A stretch of DNA of 64,000 nucleotides, taken from assembly GCA_008632985.1 (NCBI GenBank), contig QPGO01000219.1, positions 1 through 64,000 of the forward strand, given 5' to 3'. The stretch is from Psammoneis japonica. Its lineage: Eukaryota. The first letter of the stretch is position 1. Every line of letters starts with the position of its first letter. The position numbers were made by a program, and so were the translations under genes. The notes beneath the pieces were generated by a model that was not told the origin of the DNA, searched no databases, and saw only the letters and a program-made list of their open reading frames with translations. Below are positions 62,497-64,000 of this stretch, one piece after another.

Positions 62497-63981
62497 TCAA
62501 TCAATTGTATCCAGCTCCTTCAAGCTCTTTCGCTTTAGAAGGTCAAGTCGTGAGTGCAGCTCTTGCGTTTTCGTTTGGTTTGACTTGCTCATCATCTTTT
62601 CCTGCTGCTTCTTCTGGGCTAGTCTGATCAATTCTTGTTGTAATTCATAGGAGTAACCACCCGATGAGTTGGATGAATACGACGTGTCGTCCGCATACTC
62701 GTGTTTCGGCGACCCGTTGATTTTCGAGGTTTTTTCCTTCTTAATGTCATGGGACCCACGCTCGATAGTGTCATCAGCCGGCACGCCCTCAAAAGGTTCT
62801 TCTTCGGGAATGCCGTGCGGCTTGTTCTTCAGCCCTAGATTGGTTTCGCTCTTTCTCTTTTGCTTGGCTGATAAGGGATCGTTCCTCTTCATTAGTTCCA
62901 CAATCTTTTTGTTCTTCAACAGCGGCTTTCCTAGTATGGCAATATGACTCCCCGAGTATGTTTCTGGAATAGCCAAAAGGATCTCTCCCTTGGTGATGCG
63001 GGCGCAGCCCTCACCACCGTCGGAACTCGCCATGAGCTCCGTGTCGGTAATTTCCTTGCCATCCTTGGGTCGGCAGAGGCCGTAGTAGTCTTGATTGCCC
63101 AGCGCCGGCTCGGTTGCGTTGGACGGAATCATTTCGAGAATATCTCCCACAGTTGTAACGCTGGGAGAGTAAATGATTTGGATGAGCTCAAAGATCTTGG
63201 CTTTGGGTTGTAGCAGGAGAACAAATATTTTAAACGGATTGGAACATCCCACGACGGACCCAGCGCTCGACTGACTAAACTGACTCATCGAGTCATTAAG
63301 ATTTTGACTCGATCTCCTACTGAACGAACGGAAGGAGGACTCGCTCATGGCGGAGTCTTTTCGAAAGAGCATTCTCTCGCTTGAATCACGCTTCACCTTT
63401 GTCTTCTTTCCGTTGGCCAGACTGTACCTGATCTGTCTTCCTTCAGTAGTTGAGGGCGACGGAGTCAAGGGAGCAGAGTTGAGGAGAAAGTGACCGCTAG
63501 CTGTCTGCGGATGAACCATTCGTCTGACGCCATCATAAGGAACAATTTCACCACTTTTCATGATCGGAGAGTGTGGCACGGGCGGTGATCCTTCAGAATG
63601 AGAATGAGGCCACCACGAGTCTGCAGAGGATCTGTATTCATCATTATCATACTCCTGAACAGAGGTAGGCGAGATATTCCATCGATCGATTCGTTTCAAG
63701 AGCGAAAGTGGGGACAGAGGGATATCTCCCTTGGGCTTTTCGTAAGACGCGGGCGAAATCCCGATTCTGTCTCCGTCGTGTGTTCTGGGCACAATTGCTC
63801 GTTCTTCTTCGTTCGCGTAGTATGAAGGTTGAGTGATACCGATTCGCTCAATATCATACTCATCATGTTGCTCATCTTCATCATCGTCTGAGAAGGATGT
63901 AGAGTCATTCTGAGAATCACCTGCCGTTGGGGACTGATGAAAGAAAGCAAACGGGGTCACAATCTTGGAGGTTGTTGCCAT
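62497..63981 (-). CDS. Hypothetical protein, Ser-rich N-terminus plus a globular domain (FKIFVLLLQPKAKIFELIQ...TTVGDIL...ATEPAL)
   Basis: 494-aa ATG-initiated ORF with normal codon composition; C-terminus may be frame-shifted. Confidence 0.75.
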   Translation of the reverse strand: MATTSKIVTPFAFFHQSPTAGDSQNDSTSFSDDDEDEQHDEYDIERIGITQPSYYANEEERAIVPRTHDGDRIGISPASYEKPKGDIPLSPLSLLKRIDRWNISPTSVQEYDNDEYRSSADSWWPHSHSEGSPPVPHSPIMKSGEIVPYDGVRRMVHPQTASGHFLLNSAPLTPSPSTTEGRQIRYSLANGKKTKVKRDSSERMLFRKDSAMSESSFRSFSRRSSQNLNDSMSQFSQSSAGSVVGCSNPFKIFVLLLQPKAKIFELIQIIYSPSVTTVGDILEMIPSNATEPALGNQDYYGLCRPKDGKEITDTELMASSDGGEGCARITKGEILLAIPETYSGSHIAILGKPLLKNKKIVELMKRNDPLSAKQKRKSETNLGLKNKPHGIPEEEPFEGVPADDTIERGSHDIKKEKTSKINGSPKHEYADDTSYSSNSSGGYSYELQQELIRLAQKKQQEKMMSKSNQTKTQELHSRLDLLKRKSLKELDTID

Positions 63982-64000
63982 TTTGCCGGCAGATGGCGAT

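Overview
Eukaryotic genomic DNA, inferred to be from a diatom (short GT-AG introns, CoDi-type copia elements, diatom-style gene families). Two gene-rich flanks surround a transposon graveyard. The left flank (~1-18 kb) holds a saccharopine-dehydrogenase-like gene, a tandem-GH20 hexosaminidase, VPS29, MscS and an AT-hook protein. The right flank (~52-64 kb) holds LRR and CLC pseudogenes, an IGHMBP2/SMUBP-2 helicase, a Tc1 remnant and hypotheticals. The ~27.5 kb graveyard (~24.5-51.9 kb) contains nested Copia, Gypsy, LINE and DNA-transposon relics, and a separate RLE-LINE relic sits at ~10-11.7 kb. The most striking signal is a repeat-targeted mutational process. Inside the repeats both CpG and TpA are almost eliminated and converge on TpG/CpA, so conserved Tyr codons read as Cys/His. 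A tandemly duplicated host gene at 18-24 kb has lost TpA while keeping most CpG. Its two copies show TA->CA and TA->TG changes directly, including at splice sites. This points to a RIP-like genome-defence system with an A:T->G:C arm, distinct from fungal RIP (C->T only) and from plain 5mC deamination. All counts are by eye and TE boundaries are approximate.
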